Shown here piece by piece: positions 35,841 to 45,586 of a stretch of DNA of 49,436 bases. The DNA lies in the NCBI GenBank assembly GCA_964640225.1, contig CAZXFI010000005.1, forward strand, positions 14,749 through 64,184, read 5' to 3'. The stretch's first letter is position 1; every line of letters starts with the position of its first letter. The position numbers were made by a program, and so were the translations under genes. This DNA comes from an uncultured archaeon (GTDB taxonomy: Archaea; Aenigmatarchaeota; Aenigmatarchaeia; PWEA01; JAGHBM01). The notes under the pieces were generated by a model. The model was given only the letters and a program-made list of their open reading frames with translations, did not search any database and had not been told where the DNA came from.

Positions 35841-36610
35841 CCTTTAGAAAGAATCTCGCCGCCTTCCTTCTCAATTTCCCGGCTTATTTCCTCTATTGAC
35901 TTCCTTAGGACTTTTTCCCCTTCTTTGGGGTCCTTGGTAATTATGGAAATGCTGTACTTGGGGGCCGATACGTACTTGACGGAAATGCCGCTTTTCCTGC
36001 TTACCTTTTGGAGTACGTTTTTTATTTTTTCCACCCCGTCGGGCTCCAGAGACCTTATTTCCAAGTCCTCGTCCATCTTGGTTTCCTTGATGGTTATTTT
36101 CTCCCTGGCAATTTCAAGTATTTCCCCTGCCCACTCACGGGGCACGCCCTTTTCCTCAACGTAGTCCGCACCCTTCCTGAGAGCAAGCTCAAAGACCTCC
36201 AGCATGTCCTTGAAATTTTCCTGTATGTCATATCCTATCTCCTCGTATGCCTTTTCAAGCTCAATTCCTTTTTTCTTGGCAATCGCCCTGAGGAGCTTCT
36301 CCCCCTTCTCATCCCTTTTCCAGGTCTGAAGCCTTCTGTTCTTCTGGTTGTCGTCAACCCTCTTTAGGCTGAGGGACACGTGGCCCTTTTCCCTGTCAAC
36401 CCCCAGAACCAGGCACACGACCTTTTCTCCTATCTTCACCCAGTTCCTCACGTCCTTTATCCACTTCCTTGCTATTTCCGAAACATGAATCATCCCCACC
36501 TTCCCGGGATACTCGTCCAGGCTCACGAAAACAGAGTAGGGGTTTATGTTCTTGACTGTACCTATTATAATTTCCCTTTCCTGGGGATATTCATACTTTC
36601 TCCTTACCAT
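35837..36610 (-). CDS. eif2a: Translation initiation factor aIF-2 alpha
   Basis: S1 domain LDEYPGKVGMIHVSEI, GHVSLSLKRV, APKYSI. Confidence 0.96.
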   Translation of the reverse strand: MVRRKYEYPQEREIIIGTVKNINPYSVFVSLDEYPGKVGMIHVSEIARKWIKDVRNWVKIGEKVVCLVLGVDREKGHVSLSLKRVDDNQKNRRLQTWKRDEKGEKLLRAIAKKKGIELEKAYEEIGYDIQENFKDMLEVFELALRKGADYVEEKGVPREWAGEILEIAREKITIKETKMDEDLEIRSLEPDGVEKIKNVLQKVSRKSGISVKYVSAPKYSISIITKDPKEGEKVLRKSIEEISREIEKEGGEILSKG

Positions 36611-36650
36611 AAGTATCACTAATTCTTTGGTTGCCTAAGTTATAAAAGGG

Positions 36651-36836
36651 TTACTCCGCCTCTTTGAGCACTTTTGACTTCAGTTCGCCAAGGCCCCCGG
36701 TCGGCTCGCAGAGCGGTTCGCCGCATACAAGGCACTTGATTTCAGAAGAAGGCTTGTTGAAAATTATCTGCTCGTTCTTGCATTTGTTGCATTTCACAGT
36801 CAAAAACTTGCTTCTCGGCTCCAGTTTTCTTGCCAT
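36651..36836 (-). CDS. rps27e: 30S ribosomal protein S27e
   Basis: SKFLTVKC..C.NEQIIF...C..CG..L.EPTGG. Confidence 0.96.
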   Translation of the reverse strand: MARKLEPRSKFLTVKCNKCKNEQIIFNKPSSEIKCLVCGEPLCEPTGGLGELKSKVLKEAE

Positions 36837-36845
36837 ATTTACACC

Positions 36846-37136
36846 TTACGTCTTTTCTATTTCAAATTTCTTTACCCTGAATCCCTGGCCTATTATGTGC
36901 TCTTTCTTGCATTCCATGCACTGGTACCTGAGGTCCAGCTTCCGGGTCGGTTTTTCCCTTCCTTTGGGGTTGGGCCTGGGAAATCCTCCGTATCCAGCCT
37001 TCTTTCTCATAAATCTTCGCTGGTCAATTGCCAGAGTCCTTCTGCTTCTTGCCCCGACCTTCTCGCGCCTGACCTTGTGCTCCGTGTGCTTCCTGCAGAA
37101 CGGGCAGTATTTTTTCACTTTCTGGGGCATGCGCAC
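36846..37136 (-). CDS. rpl44e: 50S ribosomal protein L44e
   Basis: [32 protein letters not shown]. Confidence 0.96.
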   Translation of the reverse strand: MRMPQKVKKYCPFCRKHTEHKVRREKVGARSRRTLAIDQRRFMRKKAGYGGFPRPNPKGREKPTRKLDLRYQCMECKKEHIIGQGFRVKKFEIEKT

Positions 37137-37191
37137 ATAAATCACCAATTTATTTTACTTAAAGTGTTATGAGAAGCAAGTATTTAAATAT

Positions 37192-38070
37192 TTAAATATT
37201 GGCAAACTCCGCCTTGCCCTTGCCAACCAGAAGCTCCGTTATCTTGGTTTCAAGAGTCACCATGTCGTCCGGCTTGAAGGGGCCGTACGATTTGCCGTCC
37301 GTGCCCATGAACTTGGGTATGTCGTCCACGATTCTCACAAGCCTCCGGCCTTCCGGTTCAACTATTTTGGACTTTCCTTCAGGGGGGTCCTGAACAGAAA
37401 TTTCCTGCCTTGTCTTCGGCAGGCTTTTCTCTTCCGGCTCCTCTTCGGCCTGCTCTTTTTTCTCGCTTGTTTCACTCGCGGGCTCCGGTTTCTGGTCGGT
37501 TTCGGGCTTCGGTTTGGATTCTTCCTTCGGTTCTGTTTTTTCTTCTTTTTGGGGTTCCGGCTCCTCTTCGGCCTGCTCTTTTTTCTCGCTTGTTTCACTC
37601 GCGGGCTCCGGTTTCTGGTCGGACTCTGCCGGATTTTCTTTAACAGGCTCCGGCTCTTCTTCCTTAGCGACCTCCCTGGACGCGGAAGCGGGTTTTTCCC
37701 CGACGCCCTTTATGACATCAAGCATTCCCGCCCTCATCCCCTTGAGGTTTTCCACGACTCTGTCAAAATATTCCTCTTCCGCGGGGTGAAGGTTCTGAGG
37801 CACCGCGTTGCTCCTTACCACGTGCATTGTCATCAGAAGAATTTTTCTCTCCCTCCTGTCAAGTATGTCCTTTATAACGGACATTACGTTCTCTATTTCC
37901 TTTATGACCATGGAGTCCTTGGTCTCCTGGTAGGCCTGGTCCTTCCTTCTTATCCATTCGGAGCAGGACTGAAAAAAGTCATCGGGCAGCTTCTGCAGGT
38001 TCTCGTTGTCCCTTTCCTGCCTCTGGAACTTCCTGAAGGTCTCATAAGTTATCACGTTTTCATCAGCCAT
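37192..38070 (-). CDS. GINS subunit (Gins15/51-type) with long acidic low-complexity linker
   Basis: ER...LQKLP.DF A-domain, RERKI, C-terminal B-domain VRI..DIPKFMG.DGK.YGPF..DDMVTL; conserved position upstream of rpl44e. Confidence 0.85.
   Translation of the reverse strand: MADENVITYETFRKFQRQERDNENLQKLPDDFFQSCSEWIRRKDQAYQETKDSMVIKEIENVMSVIKDILDRRERKILLMTMHVVRSNAVPQNLHPAEEEYFDRVVENLKGMRAGMLDVIKGVGEKPASASREVAKEEEPEPVKENPAESDQKPEPASETSEKKEQAEEEPEPQKEEKTEPKEESKPKPETDQKPEPASETSEKKEQAEEEPEEKSLPKTRQEISVQDPPEGKSKIVEPEGRRLVRIVDDIPKFMGTDGKSYGPFKPDDMVTLETKITELLVGKGKAEFANI
37432..37622. repeat. 68-bp exact direct repeat (37432..37499 and 37555..37622) inside the GINS linker
   Basis: Both copies encode DQKPEPASETSEKKEQAEEEPE; offset 123 bp, in frame. 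Confidence 0.92.
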
Positions 38071-38157
38071 GCTTCTAATTTGAGCCCCGGAGAATAAAAA
38101 GCTTAACTGCGGAGCAGCTATTTATCATTTTTCCCCCAAATAAAATAAAGTGGTTCA

Positions 38158-39225
38158 ATGAGCGACCATGTAAGGGCTGATGAGGTGGCCATAATAAACG
38201 AGAACCCTATGGATTCCTGCAGCGGGGCCTTTGTCATAGCCAGGTCTCGCGGTGCAAACTGCGCCCCGAAAAAATACCTTTATTCCAGGGTAAGCCCGTT
38301 CTACAAGGACAAGTTCTCAAACCTTATAAGAGGTATTCCGGACACCTTCCTGCTGTCGCAGCAGATAGGGAAGCTGAGCGGGGATTGGCCGGAGTACGCT
38401 GTCATAGACAGGATAGACCATGTAAGAGACGATGACTCAAGGTTTTACAGCTCGGTTCTGGAGACATCGGACAGGACTTACGAGGGCGTGCCCGAACACC
38501 TGAGCGTGAGCGAGGGAATGGTCTCGGAAAGCGCCTTTGGGCTGGAGGCCAACAGGGATTTTCTTACGGACACCAGAGGCCTTAAAAACAGCCTGCTGAA
38601 GATAAGCCCTGAAAACAGGAAATACGCTCAAATGGTTATGAGCCAAATCAAATTTTACCCGTTTGAAGATTTCAAGTACAGGCCCCTCGGGGTAAAAATA
38701 GGCAAGAATTACAAAAAATTCCAGTATAAGTCGTCCAGCAACATTTACAATAACGAGATACTTGAAGACGGCACGATTGTTTTCTACGTGAGCAGCTACA
38801 GGGTATTGTCGGACGGAAAGAATGAGATACTCTTTCCTCTTGAGGACGAGAGCGTTTTTGAACCTGGGGAGGGATTCAACATAGGAGAAAAAATGCACAA
38901 CCACGAGTCCCTATGCTACCAGAGAATGAAAGACAACGGGCTGGAAGTATCGGAAATATGCTACAAATGCGCCCTGGTAACGGAGGACCCCAAAAAAGCG
39001 ACCATGCCTTATGACCTGAGAGAGGGCTTCATAAAGCTCGCGAACAGGGACGGGGTTGAGTCCGATTACATACCAATAGGGGACGGCCAGAACATAATAG
39101 ACTTCGGGGCTCTGACAAACAACCACAGAGTCAGGGCAGTTGTATACAAGGTAGAAGAAAAAACAGGTGGAGAAAACAAACAGGCCGAATTGAAAAACAA
39201 ATTCGTGGACCCCGCCGTGTACTGA
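38158..39225 (+). CDS. Hypothetical protein
   Basis: 355-aa ORF with no recognised motif. Confidence 0.75.
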   Translation: MSDHVRADEVAIINENPMDSCSGAFVIARSRGANCAPKKYLYSRVSPFYKDKFSNLIRGIPDTFLLSQQIGKLSGDWPEYAVIDRIDHVRDDDSRFYSSVLETSDRTYEGVPEHLSVSEGMVSESAFGLEANRDFLTDTRGLKNSLLKISPENRKYAQMVMSQIKFYPFEDFKYRPLGVKIGKNYKKFQYKSSSNIYNNEILEDGTIVFYVSSYRVLSDGKNEILFPLEDESVFEPGEGFNIGEKMHNHESLCYQRMKDNGLEVSEICYKCALVTEDPKKATMPYDLREGFIKLANRDGVESDYIPIGDGQNIIDFGALTNNHRVRAVVYKVEEKTGGENKQAELKNKFVDPAVY

Positions 39226-39263
39226 AGCCAATATTTAAAAATGTGTGCCATCTTTTTATTCTT

Positions 39264-40295
39264 ATGTCAAAGGTCTGGTTTTCCCCGTCCATTTCAAAGA
39301 AAAACATTGCTGGAAGCCTGAAGCATCTCTACGACAGCGTGCCTGGTTTTGATATGAAAGGCAGGAAAGTCGCGGTGAAGACGCACTTCGGGGAAAAGGG
39401 CAACAAGACCCGCCTTGACCCGGAATTCGTGAAAAAGGTATGCGACATAATCAGTCAGAGGGGAGGCGAGCCGGAGCTTGTGGAATGCAACACGCTTTAT
39501 AGGGGACAGAGAACCAACACCGCGGACCACCTCAGGCTGGCAAGGGAGCACGGATTTGATTTTGCCCCTGTTGTGATATGCGATTCTGCAGGGGACTGGG
39601 TTATCCCGGTAAACGGCACTCATTTCAAGGAGATAAAGGCGGGGAAGCTTCTCAAAAATTATGGGATAATTGTGAACCTGAGCCACTGCAAGGCCCACAT
39701 AGCCGCCGGGTTCGGAGGGGCCCTGAAGAACATCGGGATGGGTCTCGGGAGCAGGGCGGGCAAGCTGGAGATGCACGCCAAGGTAAAGCCCGTTTTTAAC
39801 CCCCTTAAATGCAGGGCCTGCGGCCTGTGCGTGGAGCGCTGCCCCGCGGATGCCATAGAAATAAGGGGCCTGAAAAAACATGCGGTAATGGATGAGGAAA
39901 AATGCATAGGATGCGCCACGTGCATAGCGGTCTGCCCCTACAAGGCCGTGAGGATTCCCTGGGCCAGCACCACCGCGGAAGAACTGCAGGAAAGGATGGT
40001 TGAGTACGCCGCGGGGATATCGGGCAGAATTAAAATATTGAACATCAACTTCCTCCTGAACATAACCCCGCTGTGCGACTGCGTGGCGGATTCCGGGAAG
40101 CCCATGGTAGAGGACATAGGAGTCATGTCATCCGGAGACATGGTCTCAATAGACCAGGCCTCAATTGACATGATAAACGCGAAGGCCGGGAGGGACGTGT
40201 TCATGGAAAAACACGGCATAGACGCCGGCGTGCAGACAAAATACGCGGAAAAAATGAGAATCGGGGAGACCGGCTACGAGCTGGTAAGGATTTAG
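39264..40295 (+). CDS. DUF362 Fe-S protein with 2x[4Fe-4S] ferredoxin insert
   Basis: KTHFGEKGN, NTLYRGQR, HCKAH..AGFGGALKN.GMG, CxxCxxCxxxCP twice, PLCDC. Confidence 0.92.
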   Translation: MSKVWFSPSISKKNIAGSLKHLYDSVPGFDMKGRKVAVKTHFGEKGNKTRLDPEFVKKVCDIISQRGGEPELVECNTLYRGQRTNTADHLRLAREHGFDFAPVVICDSAGDWVIPVNGTHFKEIKAGKLLKNYGIIVNLSHCKAHIAAGFGGALKNIGMGLGSRAGKLEMHAKVKPVFNPLKCRACGLCVERCPADAIEIRGLKKHAVMDEEKCIGCATCIAVCPYKAVRIPWASTTAEELQERMVEYAAGISGRIKILNINFLLNITPLCDCVADSGKPMVEDIGVMSSGDMVSIDQASIDMINAKAGRDVFMEKHGIDAGVQTKYAEKMRIGETGYELVRI

Positions 40296-40336
40296 CCTAT
40301 TTTTCCGTTTTTATTTGTTTTTTCCCAACATTTGCT

Positions 40337-40609
40337 ATGCGCAAAAAACCCGACGGTGTTCTTTCAGCCGGGGAAATTTACGCAAAGTATAAGGACAAGG
40401 AGAACGGGCTTGAACAGCTTTCCGAGAGCTACCATAACATAGTCAGGGACTACATGAAACGCCGTGAAGATTTTCATAAAATTATTACTGAATTCCATCA
40501 AGAACTTATAGAAAATAAGGATGAAATAGAGGAAAATGGAAAGAAAATCAAAACCCTTGAGAAAGAGCTTGAAGAGCTGAAAAAAGAGCTCAATTCTTAC
40601 AGTGAGTAA
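40337..40609 (+). CDS. Small coiled-coil hypothetical protein
   Basis: E/K-rich heptads; more AT-rich than neighbours. Confidence 0.6.
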   Translation: MRKKPDGVLSAGEIYAKYKDKENGLEQLSESYHNIVRDYMKRREDFHKIITEFHQELIENKDEIEENGKKIKTLEKELEELKKELNSYSE

Positions 40610-41262
40610 AGCTGGTAAATCCAGCGGCAGTACTCGCATTCTTCCGAGGGCCCGGGCATTTCGCCTTCCAGTACCTCTATGGCCTTCCTGAAAATTCTCT
40701 CCGCGTTTTCCGCGGAAACAGGAAGCTTCACCAGTCTCGTGTCAAAGACCACGTCCCCTTTCCCGTCCACGCTTCTCGGGTAGTAGAAAAGCAGATAGGC
40801 GTAGTCCTCTGTCTCGTATCCGTTCTTTCTCAGCAGAAAGCTGTATATGTCCACCTGGTCCCTGTAGTAGTCTGCGGTGTTGTCCTTTAGAGGGTAACCC
40901 CTTGTCTTGTAGTCCAGCACGATTAGTCGCCCGTCCTTCTCAAGCAGGTTGTCCACGGCTCCCATGAGCACGTTGCCCCCGGAGTCGCTCCACCTTATTC
41001 CCTTCCTGTTGTTCCTCCACACGTCCAGAAGCTCCGCGTCCCGGAAAAGCCTTGCGTCAATCCCCTCCTGAACAAGCTCCGGGGGAAGCTCCCCCCTGTC
41101 CCTGTAGGAGTCAAAGTGCCTCTTAAGAATGCCGTCCATCCCGGAAGGCAGGGAGGGAAATATCCCGCAGGGCCTTTTTATCCCCTTCCTGAAGTGAAGC
41201 CAGAAGCATCTGGGGCACTCCTTCAGGAGGTTCAGCTTTGAGTAGGACAAAAAGTAGGCCAT
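40597..41262 (-). CDS. PD-(D/E)XK nuclease (RecB/Cas4-like, stand-alone)
   Basis: LSYS..CPRCF, GAVD, LDYKT, Y..Q...Y, C-terminal CEYC. Confidence 0.88.
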   Translation of the reverse strand: MAYFLSYSKLNLLKECPRCFWLHFRKGIKRPCGIFPSLPSGMDGILKRHFDSYRDRGELPPELVQEGIDARLFRDAELLDVWRNNRKGIRWSDSGGNVLMGAVDNLLEKDGRLIVLDYKTRGYPLKDNTADYYRDQVDIYSFLLRKNGYETEDYAYLLFYYPRSVDGKGDVVFDTRLVKLPVSAENAERIFRKAIEVLEGEMPGPSEECEYCRWIYQLYSL

Positions 41263-41335
41263 AATATTTTACTCTCTTCATCGGATTTAAATATATCCCG
41301 GTAAAAAATTAATTTAATAGCCTGTTATAATATTT

Positions 41336-44300
41336 ATGATGCCCCGTATTTTCCTCTTGTTCCTGGTTATACTGCTTATCCCGGCCACGGCCTACGCCCT
41401 GCCCAATCCCGCCGCGGTCTACTGCAGGGAGCTGGGTTACGGGCACGTTATAGAAAGAACGGAAAACGGGGAGCGGGGGCTGTGCCTGCTCCCTTCAGGT
41501 GAGTGCGAGGAGTGGAAATTCCTCAGGGGGGAGTGCGGCAGGGAGTATTCCTACTGCTCAAGGAACGGCTACGGAACCAGGTCCGGGGACAACGAGGCCT
41601 TTTGCCTCCTTCCGGTATCCTCCCTCAAGGGTCAGGCCGAGGAGGTCCCGGTGAGCAGGCTGGTCAATCTTGAAGGAGAGTGTGACTCCAAGACAAGGCA
41701 GGGGGCGCCGGGCGGCCCCGGGGAAAGGCCTCCGCTCGGTCTGGGTGAGCACAACGCATCGGATTTTGATTGCTGGGACTGGAGAGACCCGCCCAACTCC
41801 ACTGTATACGGTAGCGGAAACTACACCTACTTTGACTGGACACATGGATGGGCCACTCCCGTGAGAAACCAGGTGAGCTGCGGCTCCTGCTGGGCCTTCT
41901 CTTCCGTGGGAGCCGTGGAGGCCAGGTACGAACTGAACGAGAACGAGTCCCGCCTCAATCCAGACCTTTCGGAGGAGTATCTGGTTTCGGACTGCCACCC
42001 CATTGACCCCTACTGGGGGCAGTACCAGGACTGCTGCGGGGGGTACATGGAGGTTGCCCTGAACTTCACCAAGTACGAGGGCATAAGCGACGAGGGCTGC
42101 TTTCCCTACGTGGACAGCGGATGCAGCTGCAGTTCGGGCCACAGCTGCAGCGCCAGCTGCACATACAGGAACTCCACCGTGTGCAGCGATGCCACGTGCT
42201 CGGACAGGTGTTCCGATTACTCTAACAGGCTGTGGACGCTCGGGGGAGCCGACTATTCAGTCTGGTGGGAAAACTTCACCAGCGACGAGCTGAAGCAGTG
42301 GCTTCTGGACAGGGGACCCCTCTCCGTTGGATTGTACATGGTGAACAACCCCGACGGGCAGGGCTTCATAAACTGCGGTGCGGGAGGCAGCATGAACCAC
42401 GGCGTTGTTCTGGTCGGATACAATGACACCGGTAACGACACCACAAGCTACTGGATCCTCAAGAACAGCTGGGGAAGCTCGTGGGCCCAGAACGGGTACT
42501 TCAAGGTAAGGTTTGACGACAACTGCCACGTGGGGGACGAGGTGCACTACATTAACGAGACTCACCCGCCGGAATACAAGCCCTTCGTGCAGGTGAACAG
42601 CCCGGGAGACGGCAATACCACTGATTCATTCAAAACCCAGTTCAACTTCACCGTTCACAGCCGGAATTCCTCCACGGCAACCTGTGACCTGGTGATAGAG
42701 GGAAACAGGACCAACACCACCTCCGTTAGCAACGGCACTCCGTCCGTGATGAGCTATGCGCTGGACGAGGGAAGCTATTCTTGGGAAATAATGTGCTGGG
42801 AAAGCGGCATTGGCATAACAAATACTTCCGGTTCCCGAACCCTTTCCGTTTCACTTCCTCCTTCTGTGAATGTGGCAAGCCCCTCCGTAGCCAATTACAC
42901 TGGCTTTCCCATAGACCTTAACGTGACCACAGACCAGGAAGCCGGCTGGTGCGGCTGGAACCTTAACGGCACGGGCTCCAATACAACAATGACCAACTCC
43001 TCGCTCACGGAATGGCACGGCTCCATAACCAATGCCACGAAAGGAGTCAACCAATTATACGTTTACTGCAACGACACGAACGGAAGCACGGGCTCCAATT
43101 CCTCAATCTGGTTCGTTTACGACACGCCGCCTTCCGTGTCCGGCATGTCCCTGGTTCCCACCAAGGCCATGAACAATTCCAACGTCACGGTGACAGGCAT
43201 AATAACAGACGAGAACCATGTGGATTACGCCCTCCTGACCGGCTACAACTCCACATGGGGCCAGGCCTACGGGCCCGCCAACATGACCCGCTCGGGAGAC
43301 ATCTGGTCCCTCACCTTCAACTCAAGCAACAAGACCGCGGGCCTTTACTATTTCAACATAACAGCATTCGATGACAACGGGAACAACGTTACCGAGTGGG
43401 CCGCCAACCTGACGATAAACAGCACGGGCTCAAACCAGACCTACTCCAACACCTCCGTATCCACCTTATCCAACCAGACTTTCCTCAACACCACACTCAA
43501 CACCACGCTCCAGATAAAAACCCTGGAGGAGATTACCAACGCCACGCTGGGCATGGCCCTTTACTCCCAAAACCCTGCCGGGGAAAGCAACCTGGCCGCC
43601 CTGGGCAGGTACCTGGAAATAGCAAGCGCGGGTATAACCGGCATGGACTGGGCTGTTATAAGAATTTACTATGCAGAGAACGAGGTAAACCAGTCAGGGG
43701 CAAACGAGAGCTCGCTGCGCCTTTACTATTACAACGAGAGCTCCGGAAACTGGACCCGGAAGGAAGGGGGCGCAAACGGCTCGGAGAATTACGTGTGGGG
43801 CAACACGTCCCATTTCAGCATTTACGGAGTTTTTGAATCCACCAGCAGCACAACCACAACGACGACGACCACGAGCGGAGGGGGCTCCGGGGGCACCCCG
43901 CCAACTACCACCGTTAGCACCACAACCACTTCCTCTACGACTACCACAAAGAGAGAGGCCCCTGTCACCGGAGCCGTGATTGAAAACACGACCACCACTA
44001 CCGCCCTCTACGAGCAGACGGAGGAAAGCAGCGACTCAACAATTCTGATTCTGGTGCCTATCCTGGCGGCATTGATTGGCGGCTCCTTTATTTTTCTCAA
44101 GAAAACAAAGAAAAAAATCCCAGTGCCTCCTAAACCCACGCTTACAATAAAGAAGGTACTTTCCGGGGCGGGAAAATACGAGGGAAAGAAAGTTCTTGTG
44201 GAAGCGAACGTTTTCTACGTGAGGAAGATGAAGGACAGCTTCCTTTATTCCCTTAAAGACAAGACCGGAGAAATTCACGGGATAAGCGACCAACCCGGTT

Positions 44301-44368
44301 ACGAGGGCCGGGGGCTGGTTGAAGGAATCGTCGTGAAGCACGGAAAAAGAACCTACATAGTTTTCTGA
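41336..44368 (+). CDS. Cell-surface C1 (papain-family) cysteine peptidase: DUF333-like, C1A, Ig-like stalk, Thr linker, TM, OB-like tail
   Basis: PNPAAVYC; NQVSCGSCWAF, NHGVVLVGY, KNSWG catalytic motifs; many N-glycosylation sequons; TSHFSIY; TM then LKDKTGEI. Confidence 0.9.
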   Translation: MMPRIFLLFLVILLIPATAYALPNPAAVYCRELGYGHVIERTENGERGLCLLPSGECEEWKFLRGECGREYSYCSRNGYGTRSGDNEAFCLLPVSSLKGQAEEVPVSRLVNLEGECDSKTRQGAPGGPGERPPLGLGEHNASDFDCWDWRDPPNSTVYGSGNYTYFDWTHGWATPVRNQVSCGSCWAFSSVGAVEARYELNENESRLNPDLSEEYLVSDCHPIDPYWGQYQDCCGGYMEVALNFTKYEGISDEGCFPYVDSGCSCSSGHSCSASCTYRNSTVCSDATCSDRCSDYSNRLWTLGGADYSVWWENFTSDELKQWLLDRGPLSVGLYMVNNPDGQGFINCGAGGSMNHGVVLVGYNDTGNDTTSYWILKNSWGSSWAQNGYFKVRFDDNCHVGDEVHYINETHPPEYKPFVQVNSPGDGNTTDSFKTQFNFTVHSRNSSTATCDLVIEGNRTNTTSVSNGTPSVMSYALDEGSYSWEIMCWESGIGITNTSGSRTLSVSLPPSVNVASPSVANYTGFPIDLNVTTDQEAGWCGWNLNGTGSNTTMTNSSLTEWHGSITNATKGVNQLYVYCNDTNGSTGSNSSIWFVYDTPPSVSGMSLVPTKAMNNSNVTVTGIITDENHVDYALLTGYNSTWGQAYGPANMTRSGDIWSLTFNSSNKTAGLYYFNITAFDDNGNNVTEWAANLTINSTGSNQTYSNTSVSTLSNQTFLNTTLNTTLQIKTLEEITNATLGMALYSQNPAGESNLAALGRYLEIASAGITGMDWAVIRIYYAENEVNQSGANESSLRLYYYNESSGNWTRKEGGANGSENYVWGNTSHFSIYGVFESTSSTTTTTTTTSGGGSGGTPPTTTVSTTTTSSTTTTKREAPVTGAVIENTTTTTALYEQTEESSDSTILILVPILAALIGGSFIFLKKTKKKIPVPPKPTLTIKKVLSGAGKYEGKKVLVEANVFYVRKMKDSFLYSLKDKTGEIHGISDQPGYEGRGLVEGIVVKHGKRTYIVF
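43884..43926. repeat. 43-bp dispersed repeat, copy 2 (see 4402..4444)
   Basis: Encodes SGGTPPTTTVSTT in both proteins. Confidence 0.9.
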
Positions 44369-44370
44369 GT

Positions 44371-45354
44371 TCAGAACCATTTTTTCCTTTTGAAATAAAA
44401 CAGCATCATTCCGGCTATGGAAATCATCACGCCCCAGACCAGCGGGTAGCCCATCCTCCATTCAAGCTCGGGCATATACCTGAAGTTCATCCCGTACACC
44501 CCCGCCACGAAGGTCAGGGGTATGAATATTGTTGCGAATATCGTGAGAACCTTCATCACCTCGTTCATCCTGTTGCTTATGCTTGACAAGTACGTATCAT
44601 GCATCCCGGACAGCATGTCCCTGTAGGTCTCGGTGGTGTCTATTATCTGTATGGTGTGGTCGTAGAGGTCACGGAGGTATACCTTGGTTGACTTCTTTAT
44701 CCTGGAGGACTCAAGTCTCTGGAGGCCGTTTATCATCTCCCTGAGGGGCCACACGGATTTCCTCAGGTTTATCATCTCGCTCTTAAGGTCGTGGATAAGC
44801 TGCAGGTTCTCCGGAGTCGGTTCGCCTATCAGCGTCTCCTCTATGTCCTCTATCTTTTCCCCTATTTTTTCCAGTATAGTGAAGTAATTGTCAACTATGG
44901 AGTCTATGAGAGAGTATGCGAGGTAGTCGGACCCCATTTTCCTTACCCTGCCCTTGTCTTTCCTTATCCTTTCCCTAAGGGAATCAAAAACATCCCCCTC
45001 CTTTTTCTGGAAGGATAAGACAAAGGTCTTCCCCAGGACTATGTTTATCTGCTCGGACTTTATCTCCCTCTCCTTCTCGCAGTAGTAAAGCATGTTCAGG
45101 ACTGTGAAAATATAGTCCTCAAAATCCTCCATCTTGGGCCTCTGGTCCGTGAGTATGTCCTCAAGAACAAGGGGGTGCAGGTCAAAGCACTCGCCGATTT
45201 TCTCCAGCTCCTTCATGTCGTGCACGCCGTCCACTTTTATCCACGTCACCGTGGACTTTTTCCTGAACGTTGCGCACTCTTTCACGTCCTTGACTTCCTT
45301 CTCTGAAAAATGGTCCTTGCCGTAATCCATCAGGGTAATCTTGAACCTGGTCAT
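44371..45354 (-). CDS. corA: Magnesium/cobalt transporter CorA
   Basis: LHPLVLEDI, QRPK, MNEVMKVLT, YGMNF..MPEL. Confidence 0.96.
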   Translation of the reverse strand: MTRFKITLMDYGKDHFSEKEVKDVKECATFRKKSTVTWIKVDGVHDMKELEKIGECFDLHPLVLEDILTDQRPKMEDFEDYIFTVLNMLYYCEKEREIKSEQINIVLGKTFVLSFQKKEGDVFDSLRERIRKDKGRVRKMGSDYLAYSLIDSIVDNYFTILEKIGEKIEDIEETLIGEPTPENLQLIHDLKSEMINLRKSVWPLREMINGLQRLESSRIKKSTKVYLRDLYDHTIQIIDTTETYRDMLSGMHDTYLSSISNRMNEVMKVLTIFATIFIPLTFVAGVYGMNFRYMPELEWRMGYPLVWGVMISIAGMMLFYFKRKKWF

Positions 45355-45586
45355 TTTACCACAAGAAATTATGGAGAAACACATTTAAAAAAACAAAAAA
45401 CAACAGGAAGCCGAATTAATTGTACGGTTTCCTTGAAAACCTTGCCAGCCTTTCCCCGAAATTATCCACCTCGCAGTAGGGCGGGACAAGCATGTGAGTT
45501 TTATAATAGCCGGTCGTTGCAATCACCTTTGTTACTATTGCACAGTAATTTATTTAAACTCATGCTTAGAAAAAGGTTCTCCGGGC

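Noticed and set aside
45390-45586. Possible ~36-codon ORF or ncRNA between corA and the membrane gene
   Set aside because: No convincing start context, motif or stable structure
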